Shown: one piece after another, positions 1-11,953 of the stretch
Position numbering within the stretch: position 1 is the first letter of the stretch
Layout: each line of letters opens with the position of its first letter
NCBI GenBank assembly: GCA_036785375.1
Contig: JAWMAR010000786.1
Location: forward strand, 434,001-498,000
DNA: 64,000 nucleotides
Reading direction: 5' to 3'
Origin: Leucoraja ocellata
Taxonomy: Eukaryota
Notes under the pieces: model-generated
Database searches by the model: none
Told to the model about the DNA's origin: nothing
What the model saw: only the letters and a program-made list of their open reading frames with translations
Program-made: the position numbers and the translations under genes

Positions 1-872
1 ATAATGTAAACCCCAGCATCCCCTTTACTCGCATTAGGTGGACTCTACTCATCATTCATATGACAGAGGTTAGTACAGGGAAGTGGCACTGAGGTAAAAG
101 CTCAGCAAAGCAGACACAAATGACTACGTTTTCCCATATATTAAAAATAGATGCTTTTTTTCCCAATATCTAACGAAGTCACATCTTCACATTCCAGTAA
201 ATTATTCCAAGTGATAAACAGTTTTATGGATCACTTCATTGGTCTCTAAACACTGATGAGTAATTTGTGCAATGTCCGTTGACATTTTGTTCTTATCAAG
301 AGCACGTGAAATTGAATGATTTATGCCTGAAACCACAAATTGAACAAAGTTTGCAATGTCTGGATGCCTTCAAACAGGATTAATGAGTTATGATTCAATA
401 AGAAATAGCAGTGACCATTTCAGATGTTTCTTTTTTGATAAATCTTAAAAATCTAACCAGAAACATGGGGACAAAGTGGGTTTAGGGTATAGTGACTGCG
501 TGGTTTTGCTTGTATCTGTTTCCACATTGCAAGACACAGATATTAAAACAGGATAATGATATCTGTGCAGAAAATATGGGAGAGAATTCCAGAGCTTAGG
601 AAATGGACAGCTGTAAGATACAGCCACCAGCAGTGAGGTGTGTGTGGTGAGAAGATCAACAAGAGGACAGGACTGGAAGAATGCAGAGTTCTTAAAATAT
701 TGGAAAAATCAGGCGCTTTGAATCTGCTCCGAATCACAACTGATCTCCTTTCCCGTTTCCACACTATATCTCAAAAATGAAACTAAACTAAACTAAACCA
801 GATCCAACAAAGTCTCCTTTTTTTCTTGGACTAAAATCATGCTGCTCTAGAAAGTTATCCCAATCCTATTTT

Positions 873-991
873 AAGAAAAGGTCTCGACCCGAAAAGTCAT
901 CCATTCTTTCTCTCCCGAGATGCAGCCTATCCCACTGTCCAGCATTTTGTGTCTATCTTCGGGGTAAACCAGCATCTGCAGTTCCTTCCTA
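873..991 (+). mobile_element. Penelope-type short repeat fragment
   Basis: ggtctcgacccgaaa...agatgc...ccagcatctgcagttcct motif recurring more than 15 times in the window. Confidence 0.7.
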
Positions 992-1314
992 TCAACTTAA
1001 AAATCCAATAGTTTTTTAGACTTCTATATAATCTCACTGCATATTTGCTCCTCCGTAGGTTACCTAGACCTATAGCCAGAAGTGCACTGTTATATCTATT
1101 GTTTCTTAATTTGAACCAAACACATTCTGTTTCTGGTGACACAAGAGACTGCAGGTGCTGAAATCTTGAGCGTTCACAAGCATTTGCTTCTGGTTCTTCC
1201 ACAGCCTTAGTCTGGCTGGAGATGCCTGGGTGTAATGTAGTGTTATTTGTGGATAGTCACATTTTTTTGTTAGATAGCACAAGGCATCTTGACTTCTGTC
1301 ACATTTCTGATTTC

Positions 1315-1818
1315 TAGAGGGAGTACAGCGAAGGTTCACCAGACTGATTCCTGGGATGTCAGGACTTTCATATGAAGAAAGACTGGATAGACTCGGCTTG
1401 TACTCGCTAGAATTTAGAAGACTGAGGGGGGATCTTATAGAAACTTACAAAATTCTTAAGGGGTTGGACAGGTTAGATGCAGGAAGATTGTTCCCGATGT
1501 TAGGGAAGTCCAGGACAAGGGGTCACAGCTTAAGGATAAGGGGGAAATCTTTTAGGACCGAGATGAGAAAAATATTTTTCACACAGAGAGTGGTGAATCT
1601 GTGGAATTCTCTACTACAGAAGGCAGTTGAGGCCAGTTCATTGGCTATATTTAAGAGTGAGTTAGATGTGGCCCTTGTGGCTAAAGGTATCAGGGGGTAT
1701 GGAGAGAAGGCAGGTACAGGATACTGAGTTGGATGATCAGCCATGATCATATTGAATGGCGGTGCAGGCTCGAAGGGCTGAATGGCCTAATCCTGCACCT
1801 ATTTTCTATGTTTCTATG
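1315..1818 (+). mobile_element. Young 5'-truncated CR1 (HER1-like) LINE: ORF2 C-terminus, 3' UTR and (TTTCTATG)n tail
   Basis: ORF 1356-1727 reads LGLYSLEFRRLRGDLIETYKI...FFTQRVVNLWNSL, the CR1 ORF2 C-terminal signature. It ends in an octamer tail. Confidence 0.93.
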
Positions 1819-1819
1819 T

Positions 1820-2215
1820 ACCACGTTGATGCTGGAAATGTTTTGCCACATCAGATTGTGACTCAGAGAATACTAACTTTTGATCTGCACATGTTGTAAT
1901 GTTTCTTCTCTACAATGACTTCCAGGATGTTGGTGGTGGCTCCCTCCTTTGAGGGTCAAACATCAAATTCTCTCTCATTAGAGATGATCATTGTTTGACA
2001 TGGCATGAATGTTACTTGGCAGTTATCAGTTCATGCCTGGATGTTGTCTGGGTCTTGCCATATGCAGGCATAGACTGCTTCAATTTCTGATGAACTGCAA
2101 ATGGAATTGACAGTTGTTCAATGATCAGCAAGCATCTTTACCTCTAACCTTATGATACAAGAAAGGTCACTGAAGTAGTTGAAGTAGAACTCTGCAGTGA
2201 TATCATGGGATGATT
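1820..2215 (-). mobile_element. Old degenerate CR1-like LINE RT fragment
   Basis: The minus strand gives decayed MLADH (FADD-like) and QDPDNIQA. A similar decayed segment occurs at ~11000-11460. Confidence 0.55.
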
Positions 2216-2589
2216 TCAGAATTTAAATTGATCATGTGTTCGGGATAAGACAAGGTTTTTTTTTTGCAGAGCGTCATGACCTTTTGGAACTATCTTCATT
2301 GAAGGGCAGTGAAAACAGAGTCTTTGGATATTTTATGGCAGATGTAAATAGCTTCGCGATAAACACAGAAGTGAAAGATCAGCAGAGTAGGCAGGAGTTG
2401 AGCAGATAATATTTATTCAAGATGGTGGGTGTCTTGGAAAGGAACCTAAAGGCAGTGGTGCTCCTATGGACCTCTCTGCCAAGAAGGGCAAGGGTAGCAG
2501 GTCCATGGGATGGGCAGCAATGTCTTTAGGTTCCTCTCCATGTCACCCACCGGCAGGCAGACCCCCACCCTGGGGGAGGATGAGGAGGA

Positions 2590-3098
2590 CGCAGAGTGAT
2601 GGGGGTGGGGGCAGGGGGGAAGATGAGGGAGAGAAGAGGGGAGACGGGAGATGAGAGAAAGGAAGGGGTGAAGAAAGGAGGGGAAGGGGGAGAGAGAAAA
2701 GGGATTGAAGAGGGAAAATGAGAGGGGAAGAGAGGAGAGGAGGGGAGAAGAAAGGATGGAAGGGGGGAGATAGAAGGGGTTGAAGATGGAAGAGGAGAGG
2801 GGAGAGAAAAGGGGGTTGAAGAGGGAAAATGGGAGGGGGAAGAGAGGAGAGGGGGAGAAGAAAGGATGGAACGGGGGAGAGAGAGAAGGGGTTGAAGATG
2901 GGAGGGGGAAGAGGGAGAGGAGAAGAAAGAAGGGCAGGGAGCAGAAGGGGGAGAGAGAAAGGGGGTTGAAGAGGGACAATGGGAAGGGGAGAAGAGGAGG
3001 GAGTGAGAGGAGGGGAAGGGAATAGGAGGGGTGAGAAGAGAAGGAGGTGAGAAGAGGGGAAAATAGGAGAAGAGAAGAGGGGTGGGGAGGGGGAATAC
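2590..3098 (+). repeat. Purine-rich (G/A) low-complexity tract with imperfect internal repeats (gagagaaaagggggttgaagagggaaaatg)
   Basis: Direct inspection shows almost no C and few T over ~500 bp. Confidence 0.9.
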
Positions 3099-3259
3099 GA
3101 GGGAGTTAGATGTGGCCCTTGTGGCTAAAGGGATCAGGGGGTATGGATAGAAGGCAGGTACGGGATACTGAGTTGGATGATCAGCCATGATCATATTGAA
3201 TGGCGCTGCAGGCTCGAAGGGCCGAATGGCCTACTCCTGCACCTATTTTCTGTTTCTAT
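3099..3259 (+). mobile_element. CR1 3' end, same subfamily as 1315-1818
   Basis: Near-identical to 1658-1817. Confidence 0.92.
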
Positions 3260-3659
3260 CCTGAATGGAAATATATCAGCGTCTCATCATCTGTAGATCC
3301 AAATCCAGAATGAACCAAAAAGGTAGATGAGTGCAGAGCCTTAGATGTTGTCTATAAGGACTTCAGCAAGGCAGGATAGAGGCGGTATTTAAGCAGGTGT
3401 GTGGAGGTGAGGGAAGGAAGGTGGAGGTGAGGGAAGGGAGGAGGGGGGTGAGGGAAGGGAGGAGGGGGTGAGGGATGAGAGGGGGTGAGGGAAGGGAGGA
3501 TGGTAGACGGGAGGTGGAGTGGTCAACCCCAACCCCAACCCCAGGCTCCGAAGGAAAATCCTCTGCGAGCTTCCCACTCTCTATTCCAACGTCGATCTTT
3601 GCTGCCCCTTCATCTCTCTGCCCCCCCCCCCCCCCCCCGCCTCTCTCCCCCTCCCCTGC

Positions 3660-3870
3660 CTGTGATCGGGCCGCCGGCCGCCGGCCGCCCGGCGCTGGAT
3701 TGAGGCGGACGAGCGGATCGTTGCCGCCGACTCGGCTGCTCTGGGCTGCCCGGGTCATGTGATCGCGCAACATGGCGGCCTCGGAGTGACCGGGAGAAGC
3801 GCCGGCGGCAGGTGAGGCGGCACCGGGTCCCCGCTCCCCGCTCCCCGCTCCTGGTCTGTGCACAGCACCG
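3660..3870 (+). promoter_or_regulatory. VAC14: CpG-island promoter of VAC14, with an M-box/CLEAR-like E-box (GTCATGTGAT, 3754-3763) and a YY1-like motif (AACATGGCGGCC, 3769-3780)
   Basis: This dense GC/CpG cluster is not attributable to a transposon, lies ~0.8 kb upstream of the VAC14 ATG and contains a splice donor. The motifs were read directly from the sequence. Confidence 0.75.
3720..3811 (+). other. VAC14: Putative non-coding first exon (5' UTR) of VAC14; start approximate
   Basis: Strong donor CAG|GTGAGG at 3811/3812 inside the CpG island. A matching acceptor (tttactttctctcaacag|) lies at 4530, upstream of the ATG. Confidence 0.65.
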
Positions 3871-3874
3871 GCTT

Positions 3875-3962
3875 CCCCACCCTACTGACACCCCTTCCCA
3901 TGAGAACGCCCCCCACCCCACTGACACCCCTTCCCATGAGAACGCCCCCCACCCCACTGACA
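3875..3962 (+). repeat. 36-bp tandem repeat (~2.4 copies) at the start of intron 1
   Basis: actgacaccccttcccatgagaacgccccccacccc starts at 3884 and 3920, with a partial copy at 3956. Confidence 0.9.
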
Positions 3963-3964
3963 GG

Positions 3965-4480
3965 CCGCACCTTCCCCCCTCCGCAATTACCCTTCCCACC
4001 CTCCCCTACCTCTCCCCTCTCCACCCCACCCCTTCATCTCTCCGCCCCACCTCTCCTCTATCCACCCTTCCCCTATCCATCACTCCTCTTTCCATCACCC
4101 CTCGTCCCTCAATCTCCACCTCTTTAGCCCTCCATCTCTCCATCCCTCCATCTCTCCATGCCTCCACCCCTCCTCTTTCCACACACCTGCTAGAAGCTCG
4201 CCTCCAACCCTCCACGATAATCACTTACTACCTGATGGTGCCTAAACTTCCCCCCAGCACTCTGTTCCACCCTTCCTACCCGTCTACCCACACCACTCAT
4301 TAGCCCTGCCCTCAATACTGCCTGCCTTTCACATATTTTCCATCCAAACCCCTTGTCATATCCTCTCACCTTCATCCATTTTCCTCATCGCTTTCATGAT
4401 ATTTCCCCCACCCAGCTTGCTTTCCCTTTCTCCTTCATTCCCTTCTTGTCCATGCTTTATTCCAATCAACTCTCCCTGAT
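3965..4480 (+). repeat. Pyrimidine-rich (C/T) low-complexity tract in intron 1
   Basis: Direct inspection. Confidence 0.8.
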
Positions 4481-4573
4481 TATGTCTATTTACATCCTGT
4501 TGCATTAATTAATTTACTTTCTCTCAACAGCTTGTGTACACAATATTGGGCATCAAGTTTTTTTATCGGCAGG

Positions 4574-4677
4574 ATGAATTCAGAAAAGGACTTTGCACCA
4601 CTTACCTCCAACATCGTGCGAGCTCTCAATGACAAGCTGTATGAGAAAAGGAAGGTGGCTGCCTTGGAGATAGAGAA
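4574..4677 (+). CDS. VAC14: VAC14 coding exon 1 ([35 protein letters not shown])
   Basis: Matches the VAC14 N-terminus as recalled. 104 nt, donor AA|GTAAGA, phase 2. Confidence 0.97.
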
Positions 4678-5433
4678 GTAAGAATGAACTGGCCCTTCCC
4701 AATTTGATTGTAGTTTCAGGTATTGTCTGTATAACCACGTGCATTTGCATTGCATGGACAATATCCATGCAAATATACTTCATGTTTCTGGTGATGTATC
4801 TAATGCACAATGAATGTTGATACTTATTTTGAGCTGAAAGAAGCCTGCTGTACTTCTCTACAGAAAGAATCTAACTTCCACTGAGGGAAAGGTGAGGCGG
4901 TTGAGTGTAGATATTCTCTCTTTAATTCTGAGGGTGTGAATGTCACGAGATGTAGAATTACTGAGCACTGTCAGTATTAAAGGCATTCATTTGTCCTGTG
5001 TAATCCATACTAGCTTTATATAACAGCAATTCAGCAAGTCCTAGTCTCTTCCCATAATTCAGAATCCTTTTGGACACTACTATTAAATCTGTCTCCCCTG
5101 CTGCTCCTGCCATCGCATTCCAAATCTGGACCACTTGTTTTGCCAGTGACTTTATCTTTGTGTAATTTCCAGTTCATTCGTCAACTGACATAATTCTAGT
5201 TCACTCCAGCCATTGATTCCTCAGTGAAACAGTATCTCTATCTACTTCGTGTAGACTTTCATGATTTAAAATATCAGATCACTTCAATTATTCTCCCAAA
5301 AAAATTCTGTTTCTCCACTCTATCCAACGAACTAGTCTCAATTTCTCGAAGAAGAAAACAAGTAGCTAGAGGAATTCAGTGGGTTAGGCCACATATGTGG
5401 CGGGAAATGGTGAGTTGACATTTTTGGTCGAGA

Positions 5434-5591
5434 GAAACATAGAAAATAGGTGCAGGAGGAGGCCATTCGGCCCTTCGAGTCAGCACCACCATTCATTGTG
5501 ATCATGGCTGATCGTCCCCTATCAATAACCCGTGCCTGCCTTCTCCCCATATCCCTTGACTCCACTAGCCCCTCGAGCTCTATCTAACTCT
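5434..5591 (-). mobile_element. CR1 3' end
   Basis: Reverse complement of the CR1 3' UTR seen at 1660-1818, including the gaaacatagaaa tail. Confidence 0.88.
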
Positions 5592-5710
5592 GGACCTAAA
5601 ATGTTGATCAGTCCTTTTCTCTCCACAGATGCTGCCTGACCTCCAGCAGCTTGTTTTCTGCTGCAGATTCCAACATCTGTAGTCTTCTGTGTCCCCCTCA
5701 TTTCTAGAAT

Positions 5711-6045
5711 CATTTAAATACACAGAGAGTTAGATTTAGCTCTTCGGGCTTAAAGAACCAAGGGATATTGGGGAAAAAGCAGGAACGGGGTACTTCATTC
5801 GCTCGTGTCAGACGACGTATAGCTCGCTGTTGGCTTCTGTCGTCGTCCAACATGTTGACAGAATTGGTCGCCCAACGCATCACAGAGTTCATCGTGTCGT
5901 TGTTTCTGGGGATCGCCACGAGGAGGCTTCTGTCATGATCCCTAATGGGGTACTGATTTTCGATGATCAGCCATGATCATATTGAATGGCGGTGCAGGCT
6001 CGAAGGGCTGAATGGCTTACTCCTGCACCTATTTTTCTATGTTTC
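5711..6045 (+). mobile_element. CR1 3' end interrupted by a 152-bp insert (5795-5946)
   Basis: The CR1 sequence resumes seamlessly after the duplicated GGGGTACT. Confidence 0.88.
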
Positions 6046-7559
6046 AAAATCTTTTCTGCACCCTCTCCAAAGCCTTTAAATCTTTTCCACAATGTGACAC
6101 CCAGACACCCATACACATAATTATCCATTTGTGGCCCAACTGGTGTTCAATAAACACTCATCAATGACCTCCTAATGCATGTAATCTCTACTTCTATATA
6201 TAAAATCTCAGATCCTGTCGCATATTAAACCAGTCCCTCAACTCCTGGCACTTTCAATTATCTATGCACATACTCACAGATTTCTCTGCTTTTCAAATTC
6301 TTGAAGAATTGTTTATATTGCCTCTTCACAATCTCCTTACCAAAATGTACCAATTCACATTTCTCGACATTAAGTTTAATCTGTTACCCATCCAATTATT
6401 CCACAGCCTTTTTTTTTTCTCTGTTATCGTCCTTTTTTTCTATGCTTTTATATTTTGTGTCTCGATATGGCGAGCATCCTTCGTTGTCAGAAACAGTGTG
6501 GTGAAGTTCTTACATTCCATTGTTAGTGGCGAGTTTGAGGATGTCCGACTGAATATGGAGGAACAATTATGTCGTAATTTGGACGGCACGTCTGGGAGGA
6601 ACTCATGGATGTGATTGATTTCTCATGTGACAGCTTTTATTCTGCTTGTCAATTTCCAAAGTGACTTTGTTCTTTCAATCAAAATTGCGTTTTAATTAGT
6701 AATAGAAATACTGTTCCCTGATTAGTTGGTTGCATTTTTGCAGAACTACCTGTATTGTATCCATGCCCAGATATTAATGAGGTATTTATGTATTTGTGGG
6801 TTTTGTGTCATTAGACAATTTAGTTAATGTTATTTCAAGACAATCATTCTTAATACATTAAACTCATTGTAACAGACCATGGGGGATGGAGCGAGAATGT
6901 TGTCTGTTATTGCCGATTGTTTACTATAACGGGTAGCCCAATGCATGGTTTTGGAAGGTTGGCGAAGATCTTGAAAACCAGCACTCGTGGAGAAACAGGA
7001 GAGAAGCTCAATTCGATTAAGTCACTTAGTTTAGAGATACAGCATGGAAGCATGCCCTACAATCTGGGCCACTGTGCTGCCCCACAGATGGATGAATCTT
7101 CTGACTTGTCAAGTCCCCAGATCCCAGAATTAACCACGTGTCTCTGTCACTCCCTGCTCCAGGCGAGAGAGGCCACACATTAACTTTAACATAAAAGACA
7201 ATCAGCCAACTTGTTCATCAAACTGAAAGCAAGGCCGAAATATTTATTGTTTCAAAACGTGAATGGAGTGTTCGGTACTCCCCTTCTATCAGTCATGAGG
7301 AGGGAGTCCTTTTAAGCCATCTTTTTGCTTAATGTTGATAAAATGTTTGAAACAAGGTCTTGGCATAACCAGCATCCTGTTTTGTCAGAGAAGTCATCTG
7401 GTCTATGCCCCTGGTCCAAGTACTGCTACTCTTCAATTGTATTATCATCTGAGCAAGGTGTTTGCATCACCTGTACCGTGACTGCGGGTCTGAACAGTAC
7501 CTAATCTGCTCTGTTACCTCCATCACTGTAGCTACGAAACATTGGTAACAACAAAAATG

Positions 7560-8040
7560 TTGCTACATGCAATTCTATTCTCAAGGACCTTACCAATAGT
7601 CAGAGGCAATCAGTGTGGAAACTGGCTCTTCAGTTCAAACATGTCATGAGTTACTTTAACTGTGATTCTGTATTTGAAGAGAATGTCCTTCGCTAAATCC
7701 CCAGCAAATTGATTGGTCCAATCTCACTACACCCCAGGCTGATAGGCATAATGAAGGTTATGTATCTACTGAAAAATAACAAGGCGTCAGGTGGTATCCC
7801 CACTGATGTTGTGAGCTTCAGTGACTTTCATAGCTTGAGGTCATCTGGGAAGTGAACATGACAGAGATTCTCAAATGCTGTAATTGGACAAGAGGGAAAG
7901 AAATCTGACTGTAAAACTACAAAATAATTTTTCAGTTATCTGTAATGGAGAAAGTCATCAAGATGTTCTGGCCAAAGTGTTGCTCCCTAAATCACAGTCT
8001 GGCACAATCAATGTAATATTTTGCATGTGGTAACTCCAAG
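7560..8040 (+). mobile_element. Decayed RTE-clade LINE reverse-transcriptase fragment
   Basis: Frameshifted LKNNKASGGIPTD, KSDC..Y..I.QLSVMEKVI and LLPKSQSG match the RTE motifs KAxGxDGIP, DCxNYRGISLLS and LPESQCG. Confidence 0.65.
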
Positions 8041-8227
8041 AGTAATGTCGGCGGACCACATACTGCTGACAACAGAGAAGAAACAGTTGGTGTTACATGT
8101 TCGGGGCAGCACACTCTGGGTGACCTGCCTTCCTCCCACATCCCAAAGACATAATGGTAGGTTAATTAGATGCAGTGAATTGCACTCGACTTGGGTTGAT
8201 GGCGGGAGAATCGGGGAGCAGATAGCC

Positions 8228-8420
8228 CTTGCTTTCTCTCTCCATCCGTTCCTCCTTCCCAGTTCTCCCACAAGTCTTACTGTCTCTGACTACATTCTAT
8301 CTTTGTCAAACCTCCTCCCCTGACATCAGTCTGAAGAAGGGTCTCGACCCGAAATGTCACCCATTCCTTCTCTCCAGAGATGCTGCCTGATCCGCTCAGT
8401 TACTCCAGCATTTTGTGTCT
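8228..8420 (+). mobile_element. Penelope-type repeat with hammerhead-like core
   Basis: cagtCTGAAGAagggtctcgacccGAAAtgtc at 8327-8358, followed by the family tail. Confidence 0.75.
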
Positions 8421-9105
8421 GGACAATAAGAATGCTGGTGTACCAGCAGTTAGGATGGCATATGGTAGTTTGGGCAAGATAGAAGCTGAGAGCTTTTCCA
8501 TCTGGAAAACCTCTAACCTTGGAGATTGGCTGTTATGGTGTGAGCTCGGTTGCGATCAGGGGGCGGGGGATTGTTTTTAACCTTGTAAATTATAAATCAT
8601 TGTAAAGTTCTACCCTAGGCCTGTGAATACTCAGTTGTTGAATAAATGGAAAGCTGCGAGCATACTGATATTTGGTTTTAGAGAGAATTTGATGATGGGT
8701 GGATCAGACAAGAGAACAGGAAGTGAGAATAATGTGATCCACAGTGGGTCAGAACTAAGCTGTCACCTTCCAACTCGGCGAGATGGGAAAATGGCTAAAT
8801 GTATAATTTTCTGCATCCTTGCCTCCTGGGTTTGCTGCAGGCAATATCTCTTCCTGGACAATTTTAGCCAGTGAAAATGACATGCATTCAAATTATTTCC
8901 AATGGCAGCGATGCAATTTTACTGCAGATAGGCAATATTGTTATGTGACAGCAGCCGTTTTATATTGTTGGAAAAATAACGAGATCAGTTGTGCAGAATC
9001 CCAGAAAGAAAATGTATGTAAAAATAGTTTTCGACAAACTTGGAGGTCCTTTGCACCATTTTAACATGGAAATAAAACTTTATTTGCACCACGATAGTAA
9101 TGTTT

Positions 9106-9387
9106 GGTTTAGTTTAGAGATACAGCACGAAAACAGGCCCTTCAACCCACCAAGTCCGCATCTACAGTATCCTACACACGAGGGACAATTTACAATTTTA
9201 CCAATCCAATTAACCTACAAACCGGTGTGTCTTTGGAGTTTGGGAAGAAACCTGAGCTCCCGGAAAACACCCACACAGGTCATGGGGAGAACGTACAAAC
9301 TCCCTACAGACAGCACCCGTAGTCAGGATTGTACCCTGGCCTCTGGCACTGTATGGTAGTAACTTTACCGTTATACCACCATGCTGC
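9106..9387 (-). mobile_element. tRNA-derived SINE (HE1/V-SINE-like)
   Basis: The reverse strand shows an A/B-box-like head, the gagtttgtacgttctcccc core, a CR1-like 3' end and a (ctaaa)n tail. Confidence 0.85.
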
Positions 9388-11491
9388 AAGATTACCACAG
9401 ATATATTATCAACCTCATGTCTGTTGTGGTGAGTCCTGGTTGCATAGGGAGATGCATCCCTTATCTCTGGAACACTCGTGCAAGAAGTGAAATTCTTCTG
9501 CATTTCATAGGGGGGTGCAATGTTCAACTTCCTAACAATGGTGCGGAAGCTCGATCAATTTCAAAACAATAAATGGAGCAGGGATGGATTGATAGATTTA
9601 CAAAATCTCATGGGAGAGTTTCAACAATACTTCTTAATGAAAAATGTTATTGCACTGAAACTACAATTACTCTGATCATTCAATTTCCATTGTAATTTTT
9701 ATTTGATTCTATAATATATATATAAAAAATGGTCTAATTGAATGTGAAAAATGTTGAAGTAGCTGCATGGTTGATTATCATGCTGTCATATGATCCTGAA
9801 TTTTAAAGGGAGGAATATAGTCCTTCTCATCATTTGCTGGGCCCCTCAAACCTAAAGTACTAAAGGCTCACTCCACTGGTCTCAATTGGTGTAGACTTTC
9901 TGCCTCTAGGCAGCACTGTTTTCTTTCACAGGTGTGGGATATCTTGTCCAGGGAGAGTTGTAAATTCATAGGACGTTTTTACAAGGATAGCGTGTGAGTG
10001 ATTGAGAGCCTATCCCCTTAAACATTTTAGACTGCAAGCACGTTGAGAGAACTTGAACTTCCCCTATAGATTTATAAATGTCTTTTGAATGGCACATAAC
10101 TTCCTGAATTACATAATCTTGTGATTATTTTTCCATTTAGTACTTGCTTTTCATGTCATATCCACAAATACCTGTAAGTGTAATTTGAGGCATTTTGTGT
10201 TTGGTCTGAATGTGAAAAGGAAATCTGAAAGTTTAACTCTGTCCACAGATTTTATAGCTTTAAAATTGAATTAGAGCAGCCTTGTAAAGTTTAATTTCTG
10301 CTCCATGCTCATTACATCAATGTTTTTCAGGAGGACAGAATTGGCCGTTATTGTCCCTGGTTCAAAAAAAAAGAAGGCCTTTATCAGTTGCAAAATGCAC
10401 AAGGAGGTGCCTTGGGGTGTGTTTCCTTTTGGAAATTTCTGGCTTCAAATGAGCAGATTAGTTTTAAAAAAAACAATTTACCCGCAGTGCAGAATATTGT
10501 GCTGTATGGAAATTACAGTCCTATAAAACTTTTACTTCTCAACTCATTTTTCAGTGAGGTTTAATCTTAAACTTTTGTTTACTCGATATAAAAATGGGTA
10601 GGGGGGGATTCTTAGAATTGTTTTCACTCATAAAATGCTATGCCAACAATAAATGGGAAGCATGCAGAGTTTACATTTTTTTAGAATGATGCACATGGCT
10701 TCAATGTGCATATGGACTGCTGACCCGTCCCAATTTAACTGAGATGCAGTGGTCAATGGGCTGACAATAGTGGGGGAAGGGGGCAGAGACAATGGATATA
10801 AATTAGGCCGGAAAAACAGAAGCGCGTGTGATGGAGCGCTAAGATTTTGCTAAGGCCTTTCACTCTGAGTAATTCTGATTGTTTCAGAAAGTTTTGTGAC
10901 TGATCTCCAGTATTCAACTAAACTGCAAAAGAAAAACGACAAAACTTTGATTTGGTAGATTTGACTACTTTCTCACAAGTGGTACTGAGCTTTTGAACTG
11001 CCTTCTGGAGCTGCCTTCATCCAGGTGTGTGGGAATTAATGTCTCACATGGCTTTCTTGTGCTTTGTGCCTGATGAAAAGGCTTTGGAGTATGAGAAGAT
11101 GAATCACCTGCTGAAGAGTATTTAGCCTCTTGTAGCTACATGGCTGGTCCAAATAAGTTTCTGCAAAGTGATAATCTTTAAACTTTGAATTTGTTAATTG
11201 ATGGATGATTGGACTTTGCATTGCTGGACACATCATTACCTGGAGTTTGTACAGAGCAAATTATACACACCTGTCCCAGTTCGAGCTGGACCTTGTCAGA
11301 TGCTGGCTGCAGACCACTTCTGCCTCTGATGGAGTCGGTGGAAGTGAATAATACCATCTTTAGCAAACACTTCTGGTCTTGTGATGAAGCAAAGGTCAGT
11401 GATTAAGCAGTTGAAGATGGCTAATCCTGGGATGCAGTACAGGAATCTTGTATTGCGATGTAGTTACTCTGATGGAGAGTTGACTTGGTTT

Positions 11492-11953
11492 AACCATGTA
11501 ACCATATAACCATATAACAATTACAGCACGGAAACAGGCCATCCCGGCCCTTTTAGTCCGTGCCGAACATTTACTCTCACCTAGTCCCATCTACCTGCAC
11601 ACAGACTATAACCCTCCATTCCTTTCCCGTCCATATACCTATCCAATTTATATTTAAATGATAAAATCGAACCTGCCTCCACCACTTCCACTGGAAGCTC
11701 ATTCCACACAGCTACCACTCTCTGAGTAAAGAAGTTCCCCCTCATGTTATCCCTAAACGTTTGTCCTTAATTCTCAAATCATGTCCCCTTGTTTGAATCT
11801 TCCCTACTCTCAATGGAAAACGCTTATCCACGTCAACTCTGTCTATCCCTCTCATAATTTTAAAGACCTCTATCAAGTCCCCCCTTAACCTTCTGCGCTC
11901 CAAAGAATAAAGACCTAACTTGTTCAACCTTTCTCTGTAACTTAGGTGCTGAA
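11492..11953 (-). mobile_element. Young CR1 3' fragment with (GTTATATG)n tail
   Basis: ORF 11742-11927 reads KLGLYSLERRRLRGDLIEVFKIMRG. Highly similar to 61070-61523. Confidence 0.93.

Noticed and set aside
1-800. Exon of an upstream or divergent neighbour gene
   Set aside because: No ORF with recognisable similarity and no convincing splice-bounded exon were found.
1356-1727. 123-aa ORF as a host gene (likewise 60857-61442)
   Set aside because: It is the C-terminus of CR1 ORF2 in a 5'-truncated copy lacking the RT and EN domains.
2464-4303. Long overlapping ORFs (up to 222 aa) around the promoter
   Set aside because: They arise from low-complexity and GC-rich sequence lacking stop codons. 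No domain is recognisable.
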